From the NCBI GenBank assembly GCA_052390235.1, contig JBQTHB010000006.1, positions 111,680 to 175,679 of the forward strand: 64,000 nt of DNA. Direction: 5' to 3'. Source of the stretch: Deltaproteobacteria bacterium. GTDB lineage: Bacteria > Desulfobacterota_D > UBA1144 > Nemesobacterales > CSP1-2. Shown here piece after piece: positions 8,980 through 18,796 of this stretch. How positions within the stretch are numbered: position 1 is the first letter of the stretch; each line of letters begins with the position of its first letter. Made by a program: the position numbers and the translations under genes. Below the pieces are notes generated by a model that was not told the DNA's origin, made no database searches, and was given only the letters and a program-made list of their open reading frames with translations.

Positions 8980-9681
8980 ATGCGGAGTTTCAATATTGAC
9001 CTCAGAGACGCGGCGAATCTCGAGAACTTCTCGGGGCTTGTGCCGCTCTTCCCCCTTGCAACCGTGGTTTTTTTTCCGAATACGCTCCTTCCCCTCCACG
9101 TGTTCGAGGCGAGATACAGGCAGATGGTGCGCGACGCCATGCAGGCCGAGCGCATAGTGGGGATGATACTGCTCAAGCCCGGATGGGAGAAGGGCTATCA
9201 GGGGAATCCCGAAATATTCAGCGTCGGGTGCATGGGGAGAATCGTGAGCCACGAAGAGCTTCCAGACGGCAGGTTCAACATCGTCCTGTTCGGGCTAAAG
9301 AGGGTAAAAATCCTCGAAATTATAAAAGAAACCCCCTACAGGCTCGCCCGCGTAGAGATTATGGAGGACATTCGCGGAAGCAATGAAAACCTCTATAGCC
9401 TCCACATCGCCGAGACGATTTCTAGGTGGAACTCGATGCTCGGCAAATCCGAGGAATCGCATAAAATAACGCTCGACCCAAGGCTTGCGCTTCAGAACAT
9501 AACCGACGCCTACGCCTCAGCGATTGTCTCAAATACCTTCGAGAAGCAGGAACTCCTCGAAGAGCCCAGCGTTGAGAAGAGGGCAGAGAAAATCATCGCC
9601 AATCTGGAGACGAGGATTAAAATCGTGTCCATGACATCCGAGAGACGAAGCCAAATTGTTGACAAGAAGAATCTAAACTAA
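8980..9681 (+). CDS. Lon N-terminal (LON substrate-binding) domain protein
   Basis: LPLFPLATVVFFPNTLLPLHVFEARYRQMV...GCMGRIV...DGRFNIVLFGLKRV is the Lon-N/PUA-like domain pattern. ATG 8980 preferred; the track start 8923 lies in repeat DNA. Confidence 0.75.
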   Translation: MRSFNIDLRDAANLENFSGLVPLFPLATVVFFPNTLLPLHVFEARYRQMVRDAMQAERIVGMILLKPGWEKGYQGNPEIFSVGCMGRIVSHEELPDGRFNIVLFGLKRVKILEIIKETPYRLARVEIMEDIRGSNENLYSLHIAETISRWNSMLGKSEESHKITLDPRLALQNITDAYASAIVSNTFEKQELLEEPSVEKRAEKIIANLETRIKIVSMTSERRSQIVDKKNLN

Positions 9682-9782
9682 ACGCGATATTGGGCGTAAA
9701 TAGCGCCCAGCCCCACATATCTCCTCTCCAGCGGAAAGCCCGCCGCCCGTCCTGAGCCTGCCTACGAATGTCATTTCGAGCC

Positions 9783-10571
9783 TTATCCGAGCAGGAAATC
9801 AAGCACGGCTCGGTCAACTTCCTCCTGACGCTCCCGCCAGAAGCCGTGTCCCGCGCCCTCAAACACCTTTAGCGTTGAACCTGGTATCAGCTTGGCAAGC
9901 TCAAGCGAGCGCGCCGGAGATGCGATAATGTCGCGGTCTGCGAGCATTACGAGGGTTTTTGCTTTAATCCCTCCCACCAAGTGGCAGATGTTGTGCCCCT
10001 CGCAGGCGTGGGACTGCCTCAGATACCCATGCGCCGCCGACGGGTCTTCGGAAATCATCGCCATTGTCTGCTGAATTGTGCTGAGGTTCTTCTCGATGTA
10101 CTCCCTTGAATAGCCGAGGAATAGCGCCACCATCCACATTGCCCTAGAGCCTGCTTTCGAGGCAATTTCCCGTCCCTGCCGCAGGATTTCGTTGCCGACC
10201 TCATCCCTTGAGGCGGACGTGCAGGCAAGCACGAGTTTACGCACCTTTTCAGGATATTTCACCGCGAGCCACTGAGCTATCATCCCGCCCATGGATTTGC
10301 CCAGCACATGAGCGCGGTCTATGCCAAGGGCGTCCATCAGCGCCGCCGCATCGTCAGCCATGAGTTCCGTTGTGTAGGGAACGTCGGGCTTATCAGACCT
10401 TCCCATGCCGCGGTTGTCGAAGGCTAATACTCGGAAATACTCCGAATAAATCGGCATCTGCGCCGCCCAGCTCGATAGCTGACTTCCCAGCCCCCCGATG
10501 AGGACTGCCGGCTCGCCGCTCCCATGAGCCTCGTAATAGATATTGATTCCGTTGGCTTTAGCGTATGGCAT
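9783..10571 (-). CDS. Alpha/beta-fold hydrolase
   Basis: INIYYEAHGSGEPAVLIGGLG...FDNRGMGRS...GKSMGG (GxSxG nucleophile elbow)...GAGHGFW. Confidence 0.8.
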   Translation of the reverse strand: MPYAKANGINIYYEAHGSGEPAVLIGGLGSQLSSWAAQMPIYSEYFRVLAFDNRGMGRSDKPDVPYTTELMADDAAALMDALGIDRAHVLGKSMGGMIAQWLAVKYPEKVRKLVLACTSASRDEVGNEILRQGREIASKAGSRAMWMVALFLGYSREYIEKNLSTIQQTMAMISEDPSAAHGYLRQSHACEGHNICHLVGGIKAKTLVMLADRDIIASPARSLELAKLIPGSTLKVFEGAGHGFWRERQEEVDRAVLDFLLG

Positions 10572-10625
10572 ATTGGTTTAAATGCGGTAATGACAGCGCC
10601 CCTCTATCTCGCGCCGCGTCGTGAA

Positions 10626-11075
10626 TTACCCCTCCTCGCTTGAATTAGGCCGAAGCCCCAAATCCTGCCTGATGGTCTCGATATAGCCCTCCAGGATAAA
10701 CGCCGCCGCGATTTTATCAATTACTTTTTTGCGCTTCTTCCGGCTCAAATCGGCTTCCAGGAGCAGGGATTCGGCTCTTTTCGTGGTAAAGCTCTCGTCC
10801 CACGGCAGAACGGGAATTCCAAAGGCGCCCTTTATCTTATCCGAGAATTTGATTATCTCCTCGCCGCGCGCGCCAACGGAGCCGTCGTGCCTGTAGGGAA
10901 TGCCGACTATGATTCGAGCCGGTTTATATTCGCCTATGAGTTTCCTCAGCGCTTCAATGTCCCGCTTGAGGTCGAGCCTTTTTATAGTTGTAACCCCGTG
11001 GGCGGCGATGAGAAGCTCGTCGCTTACGGCAACTCCAATGGTCTTTGTGCCCACGTCGAGGGCTAGGATTCGCAT
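10626..11075 (-). CDS. ruvX: Holliday junction resolvase-like RuvX/YqgF
   Basis: MRILALDVGTKTIGVAVSD...IIVGIPYRHDGS...DESFTT is the YqgF signature. Confidence 0.9.
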   Translation of the reverse strand: MRILALDVGTKTIGVAVSDELLIAAHGVTTIKRLDLKRDIEALRKLIGEYKPARIIVGIPYRHDGSVGARGEEIIKFSDKIKGAFGIPVLPWDESFTTKRAESLLLEADLSRKKRKKVIDKIAAAFILEGYIETIRQDLGLRPNSSEEG

Positions 11076-11152
11076 TGATTTATAAGCTCAATTGTGTTGC
11101 TGGGACTAGGGCTTGCCGCCATTGCCGAGCGGGACTGCCTTATCCCCACAGT

Positions 11153-12841
11153 TCACCACGAGCCGCCGCCGCCGCCGCCAAACCCGCCGCCGCTTCTGCC
11201 GCCGCTAGACCCGCTTCCGCCGCTTCGAGACTTGCTCGGCGAAGAGGACAGAGTCCTATTTATCGCGCCGAGGCTTCTGCCTATATCCGAGGCAAACGCG
11301 CTTGAGGAGAAGGAATTCCCATAGCGGCTGGATGAGAACCACGACGGAGGGGTTTTGTATATATCGGCAAACGCCCCCGCCCATTTTTCCTCTAATTCAA
11401 ACACGAGAGCAAACGGAAGAACGCGGCCAAAGAGGGTTGGGTCGTCTTTGGCGAGCCGCTCGATGCGGTCGTGTTCAGCGCGCTCGATGAACTCTCTGAA
11501 GCCGAGGAGCTGGGCTTTGAGGAGAGAGCCTTTTTTTGTTTTCTTCGGCATGAACCTGGAGAATATCGAAATTATTCCGCCTGAGACGCAAATGGCGATT
11601 TTAATCGGTATATCAAACGGGATGAGAAACCCCAATACGGCAACTACAGCGCCTATCCCGATGAAAAGGCCCCTGATTTTATCGGGATTCACGGGGAAAT
11701 AGCCGCCCCTTATCATCTCCCCATAGAGCATCTGCTCTATCCCCGGAAGGCGCGTGTAGAACTTATTCTTGAGTTCTGAAATCATGATTTGGTTCTTTGC
11801 GCTGAATAAACCGGAGAGAATTTCCCGCTCATGCGCCTTGAGTCCCCCTGCGTCGGATTTGTGCCTCGTGAGGCGATAATCCGTATTAGAGAAGAAATAT
11901 AGAACCCTCTCGCTCTGAATCTCCTCAATTGTTAAATACCCCCTCACGGCAAGGTCAATTATCGTAGAGGTGATGTCCAGAATATTCGCGGTTTCATCCA
12001 GTAGCGTTCCAGCTTCGGCGGGGGTAATCCCCTGTGGAGGCTCGTATTGTACCGGAATAACCCCTCCACTAGACTCAGGGTCTCGCCCCATCCCGAGCCA
12101 CAGGAGACACAGAGCGGCGAGAGTGAGCGCGGGAAGCCCGAAGTGCCAGTTGTCGGCAATAAACCACACCGCTTTTTGAATCCCCGACGGCTCGGCGAGA
12201 ACCCCCTTCGGAAGCAGGACGACTATCGTGAGCCCCTCGTTCGGGAGAAACTGTCTATCGGCGACAAACTCTATGACGTTCGGTGTAATGTTGTAGGAGC
12301 AATTCTCATCCGCCGACCCCTCGTATCCGGTGTAGCACTTAGCCTTGATTTGGGATGACGGCATCCCGCCCTCCAAATATACCTTCGCGCTCACTCGCCC
12401 CATCGGCACCTGCCATCCGTTTCCAGTAACGTTCCAGTAAAGCTCGTCGTGGTCTTTGAAAAAAACTATCGCCCGCTCGACTTTATAGTCAATTTTATAG
12501 CCGTGAGCGCCGGTTATCTGAATGTCGGCATCCCCGATTTTAATGAACACTTCCGCGCCTTGCCGGCTGACCTCGTATTTATAGGGCGCTGCCTCGAAAT
12601 CCGAGACCACGCTGACCCTCATCCTCAGATGGTAGTTCTCGTAGCCGATTTTATATTTGTAGGGGATGGTTCTGAATATTCCGTGCTTGAGTTCTCGCCC
12701 GAAATCGTAGGCGATTTTCTCCTCGACGGCGATTGACGAGTCCCTGCCGATAAAAATCTCGGCGGCGAAATCGCGTATCTCTTCGGCTGATGCGGCGGCG
12801 GCGGTCAATAGGACGGTTATCAGTGCGAGAATTATTCTCAT
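11153..12841 (-). CDS. DUF2207-type membrane protein with Gly-rich C-terminal tail
   Basis: Signal peptide MRIILALITVLLTAAAASA, extracytoplasmic domain, central TM helices, and a tail SGGSGSSGGRSGGGFGGGGGGSW. The gene immediately upstream is lemA, the usual pairing. ATG 12841 preferred over 12904, which overlaps lemA by 47 nt. Confidence 0.7.
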   Translation of the reverse strand: MRIILALITVLLTAAAASAEEIRDFAAEIFIGRDSSIAVEEKIAYDFGRELKHGIFRTIPYKYKIGYENYHLRMRVSVVSDFEAAPYKYEVSRQGAEVFIKIGDADIQITGAHGYKIDYKVERAIVFFKDHDELYWNVTGNGWQVPMGRVSAKVYLEGGMPSSQIKAKCYTGYEGSADENCSYNITPNVIEFVADRQFLPNEGLTIVVLLPKGVLAEPSGIQKAVWFIADNWHFGLPALTLAALCLLWLGMGRDPESSGGVIPVQYEPPQGITPAEAGTLLDETANILDITSTIIDLAVRGYLTIEEIQSERVLYFFSNTDYRLTRHKSDAGGLKAHEREILSGLFSAKNQIMISELKNKFYTRLPGIEQMLYGEMIRGGYFPVNPDKIRGLFIGIGAVVAVLGFLIPFDIPIKIAICVSGGIISIFSRFMPKKTKKGSLLKAQLLGFREFIERAEHDRIERLAKDDPTLFGRVLPFALVFELEEKWAGAFADIYKTPPSWFSSSRYGNSFSSSAFASDIGRSLGAINRTLSSSPSKSRSGGSGSSGGRSGGGFGGGGGGSW

Positions 12842-12857
12842 GACGGACTTCGATGCC

Positions 12858-13412
12858 TTAATTGAATATAACCTTCGGGGGGCGGCGCTCCTCGTCGGAT
12901 TCAAGCTCGAAATACTCCCTTTTTTGAAATGCGAACATATTCGCTACTATGTTGCTCGGCACGGACTCGATTTTCGTGTTTAAATCCCTCACCACGGCGT
13001 TGTAGTAGCGGCGCGAGAGTTGAACCTGATCCTCGATTGCCGAAAGTTCGCTCTGGAGTTGCTTAAAATTCTCATTTGCCTTGAGGTCGGGGTAAGCCTC
13101 GGCTAGGGCAAACAGGCTCTTTAAAGTCGACTGAAGCATCCCCTCGGCTAGGGCTTTATTGGCAGGCGATGTTGCCCCGATGGCGGCGTTTCGGGCTTGC
13201 ACCACCTTCTCAAATGTGCTTTGCTCGTGCGAGGCATAGCCCTTTACGGTCTCAACTAGGTTCGGCACGAGGTCGTATCTGCGCTTGAGCTGAATGTCAA
13301 TGTCCGACCAAGCCTGCTCGGCGATGTTCTTGAGTTTTACAAGAGAATTATATATGCCTACCAGAAGCATCGCCGCCGCCGCGACAATTGCCAGAAATAT
13401 CAAAAAGGACAT
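12858..13412 (-). CDS. lemA: LemA family protein
   Basis: N-terminal TM then YNSLVKLKN...WSDIDIQLKRRYDLVPNLVETVKGYASHE...RRYYNAVVRDLN, the LemA pattern. Confidence 0.85.
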   Translation of the reverse strand: MSFLIFLAIVAAAAMLLVGIYNSLVKLKNIAEQAWSDIDIQLKRRYDLVPNLVETVKGYASHEQSTFEKVVQARNAAIGATSPANKALAEGMLQSTLKSLFALAEAYPDLKANENFKQLQSELSAIEDQVQLSRRYYNAVVRDLNTKIESVPSNIVANMFAFQKREYFELESDEERRPPKVIFN

Positions 13413-13523
13413 CGCTACGCCCCCTTTTCCGCGGGATTTGTTCCTAATTATCGTTTAGAGCAGACAGTAAGTCAACGAGAGCAAGAGCCTTCGGGCAAAT
13501 TAGATTCAACGCGCCCGCGCAAT

Positions 13524-14744
13524 CTATCCCAAGAGATGAAACGCCAGCCCTGAGAGGAGTTTCGGATAAAAATAGGTGGTTTTATGCGGCATCTTCTCGC
13601 CTTCCATTGAGACCTGAAGTACCTCTAGGGGGGATATGGCGGGAAGGGCAAAGCCCATTTTATACGCGCCGCCCTCGACAAGCAAAAGAAGCTCGGGAAG
13701 GGATTTGGTGTATAAAATCCGGGACTGCTCCTCATCTAAAATCTCGCCGAACACGCGCGAGTGAAGCGTGATGACGGCAAGGCTCTTCTCGTCGTAAGAG
13801 GCATATTTAGGAGAGATTTTAAGCGTTTTACCTGCCGGAAGCACGGCGGCGAACTCATCCGAGGCGAGACGCAGAATTTCATCCGCCGAGACCTCGGAGA
13901 TATTGAAACCCTCGGCGAGCTTTTGGATAACCCCCTCGGCGTCGAGAGAGCCTAGGGTTTTTACGGCCCTGTGCGTGGGCTTTATGATGAGTCCCTCGCC
14001 CTCGGCGCGGGAGAGGTAAATCATGACGAATTCATAGGGTTCGTCGCCTGCGGCGGCTCCGTTTTTGCGGCGCTGGATGTTTCTGTAGTTAATTGCGGTT
14101 TCGTAGCGGTGGTGTCCGTCGGCTATGAGAAGCGTCTTTCCCGACATCGCGGCTTGTACGCGGGAAATTAAATCCGCATCCGAGATGCGCCACATTTTAT
14201 TTCTGATGCCGTCTGCGCCGTGGGCAACGACATCGGGCTTTGCGCGCGCGATTTCTCTATCAATCTCGGATTCGATTCCGCCCTCCGGGTCTGAATAAAC
14301 CGCAAACACGGGACTTAGATTTGCCCCGCAGGCTTCGGCGAGTTTCAGGCGGTCTTCTTTGTGCTTGGGAAATGTTCTCTCGTGGGGGAGGATTTGCCGC
14401 GCGTCGAAATCCTCGATTTTTACTGCCGCCAAAAATCCCCTGCGGACAAATACCCTGCCGCCTTCCTCGAACTCCTGATAATAGGCGTAAATTGACGGCT
14501 CGCCGTCTTGGATGAGGATGCCCGCATCGAGCCACTGCCGGAAAATACGGCTCGCTTCGGCGTATTTGGCGTCCCCTTCAGCGCTATTGTACTCGAGACG
14601 GACGACGTTGTGAGGGTGCCTCGCGTACAGGGCGCTCTGCTCCTCGGGGCTTATCACGTCGTAGGGAGGGGATACTACAGAGGCAAAATCCTCAATTGTA
14701 GAGGGATTGTAGCGAACGCCGGAGAAACCGCGCACCAGTACCAT
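13524..14744 (-). CDS. DUF1015 family protein
   Basis: VSPPYDVIS...LIADGHHRYETA...PKLLSG are motifs I associate with DUF1015. Confidence 0.7.
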   Translation of the reverse strand: MVLVRGFSGVRYNPSTIEDFASVVSPPYDVISPEEQSALYARHPHNVVRLEYNSAEGDAKYAEASRIFRQWLDAGILIQDGEPSIYAYYQEFEEGGRVFVRRGFLAAVKIEDFDARQILPHERTFPKHKEDRLKLAEACGANLSPVFAVYSDPEGGIESEIDREIARAKPDVVAHGADGIRNKMWRISDADLISRVQAAMSGKTLLIADGHHRYETAINYRNIQRRKNGAAAGDEPYEFVMIYLSRAEGEGLIIKPTHRAVKTLGSLDAEGVIQKLAEGFNISEVSADEILRLASDEFAAVLPAGKTLKISPKYASYDEKSLAVITLHSRVFGEILDEEQSRILYTKSLPELLLLVEGGAYKMGFALPAISPLEVLQVSMEGEKMPHKTTYFYPKLLSGLAFHLLG

Positions 14745-15359
14745 TTATAGAAACTCCTTTAGCTGTTCAACCGCAATGTCGCCTTCTCTCGCCACGCGGG
14801 GGGGATTTACGGTAAGGTCTAGTATTGTAGAACCTCTCGACGGGGGAATGTTACCCGAATCAACCGCGAGTTCAACCCTGCCGTGGAACGCCGAGAGGAT
14901 TTCTGCGAACCGCGTCAGATTTTCGCCGCCGCTCGGATTCGCGCTCGTTGAGGTGAGAGGTTCGTCCAGAACATCAAACAAACGCCGCACAAAGGGATGA
15001 GCCGATATTCTGAGGGCTAAATTGCCGCTTCCCGCTGAAATAAGCTCAGGCAGCGGGCGGCGCTGCTTCAAAATTAGGGTGAGCGCCCCTGGGAGGAATT
15101 TCCTTATGAGGGCAGATGCGCGCTCGTCAACCTCGGCGCACTCGGCGAGCATCGCTTCGTCTCGCACCAAAATGGGAATGGGTTTGCCGCGGGGCCTGCC
15201 CTTATACTCGAATAGCTTGAGGACTGCCTCGGCGTCCGCGGCAACCGCGCCAAGCCCGTATAGGGTCTCAGTCGGATAGATTATTACGCCTCCGCGCCTG
15301 AGGGCGGCGAGGGCTTTCGAGGGGGATTCCGGGGCTTGGGCTTTGCAAATCTCAGTCAA
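14745..15359 (-). CDS. tsaC: L-threonylcarbamoyladenylate synthase (YrdC/TsaC type)
   Basis: GGVIIYPTETLYGLGA...LTLIL...SANPSG; single-domain length (204 aa). Confidence 0.85.
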   Translation of the reverse strand: MTEICKAQAPESPSKALAALRRGGVIIYPTETLYGLGAVAADAEAVLKLFEYKGRPRGKPIPILVRDEAMLAECAEVDERASALIRKFLPGALTLILKQRRPLPELISAGSGNLALRISAHPFVRRLFDVLDEPLTSTSANPSGGENLTRFAEILSAFHGRVELAVDSGNIPPSRGSTILDLTVNPPRVAREGDIAVEQLKEFL

Positions 15360-15461
15360 GGGAGCGTCAATCGAAAGGGCAGAGCGCGAGAGCCTCAGCC
15401 TCGCCTAGAGTCTCTGGGCTGACCCCTCTTAATCTCCTGCCAATCCGTCCGTGCAAGGGTT

Positions 15462-15950
15462 TTATCTATCTACTTTCTTTGCGGCGGCTTCGACTTTCTC
15501 CGCGAGTTTTCTGCGAAAATCCTTCACCCTTTCGCGGATGTCCGGGTACTGCAGCCCAAGAATCGAAGCGGCATAAATTGCGGCGTTTCTAGCCCCGCCC
15601 TTGCCTATAGCCATCGTTGCCACGGGGATTCCGGGCGGCATCTGCACAATGGACAGAAGCGAGTCCATCCCCTTGAGAGGAGAGGAGTCCACCGGGACGC
15701 CGATAACCGGAAGCGTGGTATAAGCCGCCACGACTCCCGGAAGGTGCGCCGCCCAGCCCGCTCCGGCAATGAGGATTTCAATCCCCCTGCCCTCAGCCGC
15801 CTCAACGTATTCTTTGACCTTGTGCGGTGTGCGGTGCGCCGATGCCACACGCAGTTCATAGCCAATTTCAAGCTCCTCAAGAGCCTTGCAAGCCTCGTTC
15901 ATTACCTCTAAATCCGAATCGCTGCCGAGAATTATTCCAACTTTTGCCAT
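15462..15950 (-). CDS. purE: N5-carboxyaminoimidazole ribonucleotide mutase
   Basis: VGIILGSDSDLEVM...VASAHRTP...IAGAGWAAHLPGVVAAYTTLPVIGVP. Confidence 0.95.
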   Translation of the reverse strand: MAKVGIILGSDSDLEVMNEACKALEELEIGYELRVASAHRTPHKVKEYVEAAEGRGIEILIAGAGWAAHLPGVVAAYTTLPVIGVPVDSSPLKGMDSLLSIVQMPPGIPVATMAIGKGGARNAAIYAASILGLQYPDIRERVKDFRRKLAEKVEAAAKKVDR

Positions 15951-16109
15951 GAGGTGAAATTATCCGAATTTCGGGCGGAATTTCAAGAGGGGCAGGCAGA
16001 GGTTTTTTTTAGCCGTAAAAACCACTGGGCAATAGAACCATTGAGCGCGGCGGCGCATCGCACAGAATGCCTGTCATGCCGGGCGCATCCGTGATAGAAT
16101 TACCACGTC

Positions 16110-16850
16110 ATGGCGCATGAGGCAGACGAAGCGAAAATCCACGGAAGCGGCGGCATTTTAGATAAATTTCGAGACTATCTGGGTGAATTCGTCTATGGCG
16201 GGATTGACGGAAGCGTAACCACGTTCGCCGTTGTCGCAGGCTCTACCGGGGCAAGTTTGGATTCATCCGTCATCATCATACTCGGATTTGCGAACCTCCT
16301 TGCCGACGGGTTCGCCATGTCCATCGGGGGATATTTATCTGCGAAATCCGAGCAACAGGCTTACGACAAGCACCGGAAAACGGAACTTTGGGAAATCGAG
16401 AACATCCCCGAAGCCGAGCGGGAGGAAATCCGCTTGATTTACCGCGACAAGGGATTCGAGGGCGAGATGCTGGAGGGAATCGTCGCCGTCATCACATCTG
16501 ATAAGCAAAGATGGGTTGAGGTGATGATGAAAGAAGAACTGGGCTTAATTGACGAGAAGCGCTCCCCCCTGGGCAGAGGGATTATGACTTACCTATCGTT
16601 CATCGCCATTGGGATAATCCCCCTTGCCGCCTATGTTGCGGACTTTGCGTTTGATTTGAAATCGGAGCGATTATTTCTCATCTCCTGCGTTCTGACCTCA
16701 ATGGGGTTCATCATCATCGGCTCGCTGAAATCGCACTTGAATAAATCGAGCCGCGCCAAGGGAATCATTGAGACGCTTATTCTAGGGGGCGCGGCGGCGG
16801 CGGTGTCGTACTTCGTGGGCAACGCGCTTGAGAAGATAATTTCGGGGTGA
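16110..16850 (+). CDS. VIT1/CCC1-family iron/manganese transporter
   Basis: [22 protein letters not shown]...[17 protein letters not shown]...C-terminal TM bundle. Confidence 0.8.
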   Translation: MAHEADEAKIHGSGGILDKFRDYLGEFVYGGIDGSVTTFAVVAGSTGASLDSSVIIILGFANLLADGFAMSIGGYLSAKSEQQAYDKHRKTELWEIENIPEAEREEIRLIYRDKGFEGEMLEGIVAVITSDKQRWVEVMMKEELGLIDEKRSPLGRGIMTYLSFIAIGIIPLAAYVADFAFDLKSERLFLISCVLTSMGFIIIGSLKSHLNKSSRAKGIIETLILGGAAAAVSYFVGNALEKIISG

Positions 16851-16855
16851 AATTT

Positions 16856-17707
16856 ATGGCAACGCATCACAAACTAATTATCGGCGACTCGGCAAGCATG
16901 GAAGAAATCCCGAATGAGGGTGTTCATCTGATGGTTACCTCTCCGCCCTATTTTAATGCTCCATTCGATTATAGAGATTTATTCAAAAGCTACGGCGAAT
17001 ATCTCGATTCCCTAAATAATGTGGCGAGAGAAATATTTAGAGTTCTCAAACCGGGCAGAATCGCCGCGCTTAACATAGATGATATGCTCGTTAAGGGAGA
17101 AAAATTTCCAATAGTTGCCGATGCAACGAGAATATTTCTCGATGCGGGTTTTAGGTATAGAGATAGAATAATTTGGAAAAAACCGGACGGATATTTGAGA
17201 ATCAGCAGGAGAAGCGGGGTGCTGCTGCAAAATCCGTACCCAATGTATTTCTATCCAGATAACCTTCTGGAGAGCATAATAATATTCCAAAAAGGCAAAT
17301 TCGACTATAAATCCATGACGAATGACTCAAGAGAAGAGTCCAAAGTGGATGTTAAGGAATTTTCGGATAATAAGTGGTATATGACTCTATGGGAAATGAC
17401 AAATGTCCTTCCCGGAGCCGCGCTGGAAAAAGGCATCGCCGCCTTCCCAGAGCAACTACCCTATAGAATAATAAAATTGTTTTCATACGCCGGAGAAACC
17501 GTGCTTGACCCCTTCGCTGGAAGCGGCACAACCATGAAAGTGGCAAGGGAACTGAGCCGAAATAGTATCGGAATTGAGATTAAAGAGTCTCTGATTCCGA
17601 TAATTAGTCAAAAAACCGGATTTAAAGGGCAATCGTCGCTTTTTCATCCCGAAGACACTCTCGACATTCTCATAAGACGGGAGGTCAAATATAAACATAT
17701 CGGCTAA
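16856..17707 (+). CDS. Type II DNA methyltransferase, beta-class N4-cytosine/N6-adenine (SPPY motif IV before FxGxG motif I)
   Basis: HLMVTSPPYFNA near the N-terminus and VLDPFAGSGTTMKVA near the C-terminus. Visibly lower GC than the flanks. A GTG at 16847 overlapping the VIT1 stop is an alternative start. Confidence 0.85.
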   Translation: MATHHKLIIGDSASMEEIPNEGVHLMVTSPPYFNAPFDYRDLFKSYGEYLDSLNNVAREIFRVLKPGRIAALNIDDMLVKGEKFPIVADATRIFLDAGFRYRDRIIWKKPDGYLRISRRSGVLLQNPYPMYFYPDNLLESIIIFQKGKFDYKSMTNDSREESKVDVKEFSDNKWYMTLWEMTNVLPGAALEKGIAAFPEQLPYRIIKLFSYAGETVLDPFAGSGTTMKVARELSRNSIGIEIKESLIPIISQKTGFKGQSSLFHPEDTLDILIRREVKYKHIG

Positions 17708-17747
17708 GATAACTGGAATTAAATACTCGCCCCTGCTATGCGCTTCA

Positions 17748-18764
17748 TTGGAGAAATTCAAAATAGCAAACCTCGCCGAAGCCTTATCAAGCAAGACGGG
17801 TTTCATATTAGACATGGAAGGGAACCGCCGTATTGCGCTGAGCTGGTGGGTATCCCCAAAACGAACGAGGTCATACCCCTACGCTAGGGTCTATAACACC
17901 TTAAATTTCCAAGGGAAAAGAGCAACTATCATTCCAATTATTAAAGACGAAGGGAAAAAAGGGGATAGAGATTTCCTACAATGGGACACAATTTCCCTTA
18001 TGAGTCTGCTAGGAATCTATTTAATAATTTCATATTACGCACGCGCAGAGCCAAGCCAAAGGTATCGAAATAAAATTACAAATCAGCAATTCAAACTAGA
18101 CCAAGTCAGGAATGAAATACACCGCTTGCTATCTTATCAGTCCGACGCTCTGCACTGGAATCTTAGCCAAGCCGAGAAGGCAGGAGTTCTTGGACGAGAA
18201 GCTCTCGATGCCTACGGAGAAATTTCCAGCGAGCTAGGCGTTGAGATACACTCCAGAAAATCCGCGGAGAACAGAGTGAATGAGATTTTAAAGGGTAGAG
18301 AAAACTTCATGTCTCTGTCCAGAACCCTAGCGGAGAAAGCGCAAAAACGGGAAAAGTTAACCGTTCAACCCAAGGAAAAACTATCAGGCATGAAGGCAAC
18401 ACTGACAATTAAAAACTATCTGGGAGGATATTATTATTTGACTTGCGATGAAGCATATATAGAAAATGAAAAACTCTATTTGACCGAGTGCAAGCATAGC
18501 AGAAGGGAAAAGTTACCTTCTTTGGAGGATATTAAAGACGGCTTGGTAAAGATGATTTTACTCACAAATCTCAAAGTAGCAGTAGTTGGAGGGAGAGAAT
18601 ACACTCCGCTTAGCGCGTTGAAGCTCACAAGCGATGTCAATTTCTCTCCCAATTCCTTGGCGAAATATCAAATTTCACATCTCCGAACCCTCCAAAAAGA
18701 AGCCGAGGAAAACGGCTTCGAGGTTCTCATCAACGATATAAATCTGCGACTACTCCAATTGTAA
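17748..18764 (+). CDS. Putative cognate type II restriction endonuclease (PD-(D/E)xK-like)
   Basis: Directly downstream of the methyltransferase and equally low in GC. TCDEAYIENEKLYLTECKHS gives D...ExK spacing typical of PD-(D/E)xK nucleases. No family recognised. TTG start; ATG 17814 is an alternative. Confidence 0.55.
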   Translation: MEKFKIANLAEALSSKTGFILDMEGNRRIALSWWVSPKRTRSYPYARVYNTLNFQGKRATIIPIIKDEGKKGDRDFLQWDTISLMSLLGIYLIISYYARAEPSQRYRNKITNQQFKLDQVRNEIHRLLSYQSDALHWNLSQAEKAGVLGREALDAYGEISSELGVEIHSRKSAENRVNEILKGRENFMSLSRTLAEKAQKREKLTVQPKEKLSGMKATLTIKNYLGGYYYLTCDEAYIENEKLYLTECKHSRREKLPSLEDIKDGLVKMILLTNLKVAVVGGREYTPLSALKLTSDVNFSPNSLAKYQISHLRTLQKEAEENGFEVLINDINLRLLQL

Positions 18765-18796
18765 AATTCGTTCAGGTTGATTTATACTCTCCTGCA

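Noticed and set aside
11045-11324. Pro/Ala-rich plus-strand ORFs (for example ...PPPPPNPPPLLPPLDPLPPL...)
   Set aside because: They are the reverse-complement shadow of the Gly-rich tail of the DUF2207 gene. They are low-complexity, have no start context, and overlap a well-supported gene.
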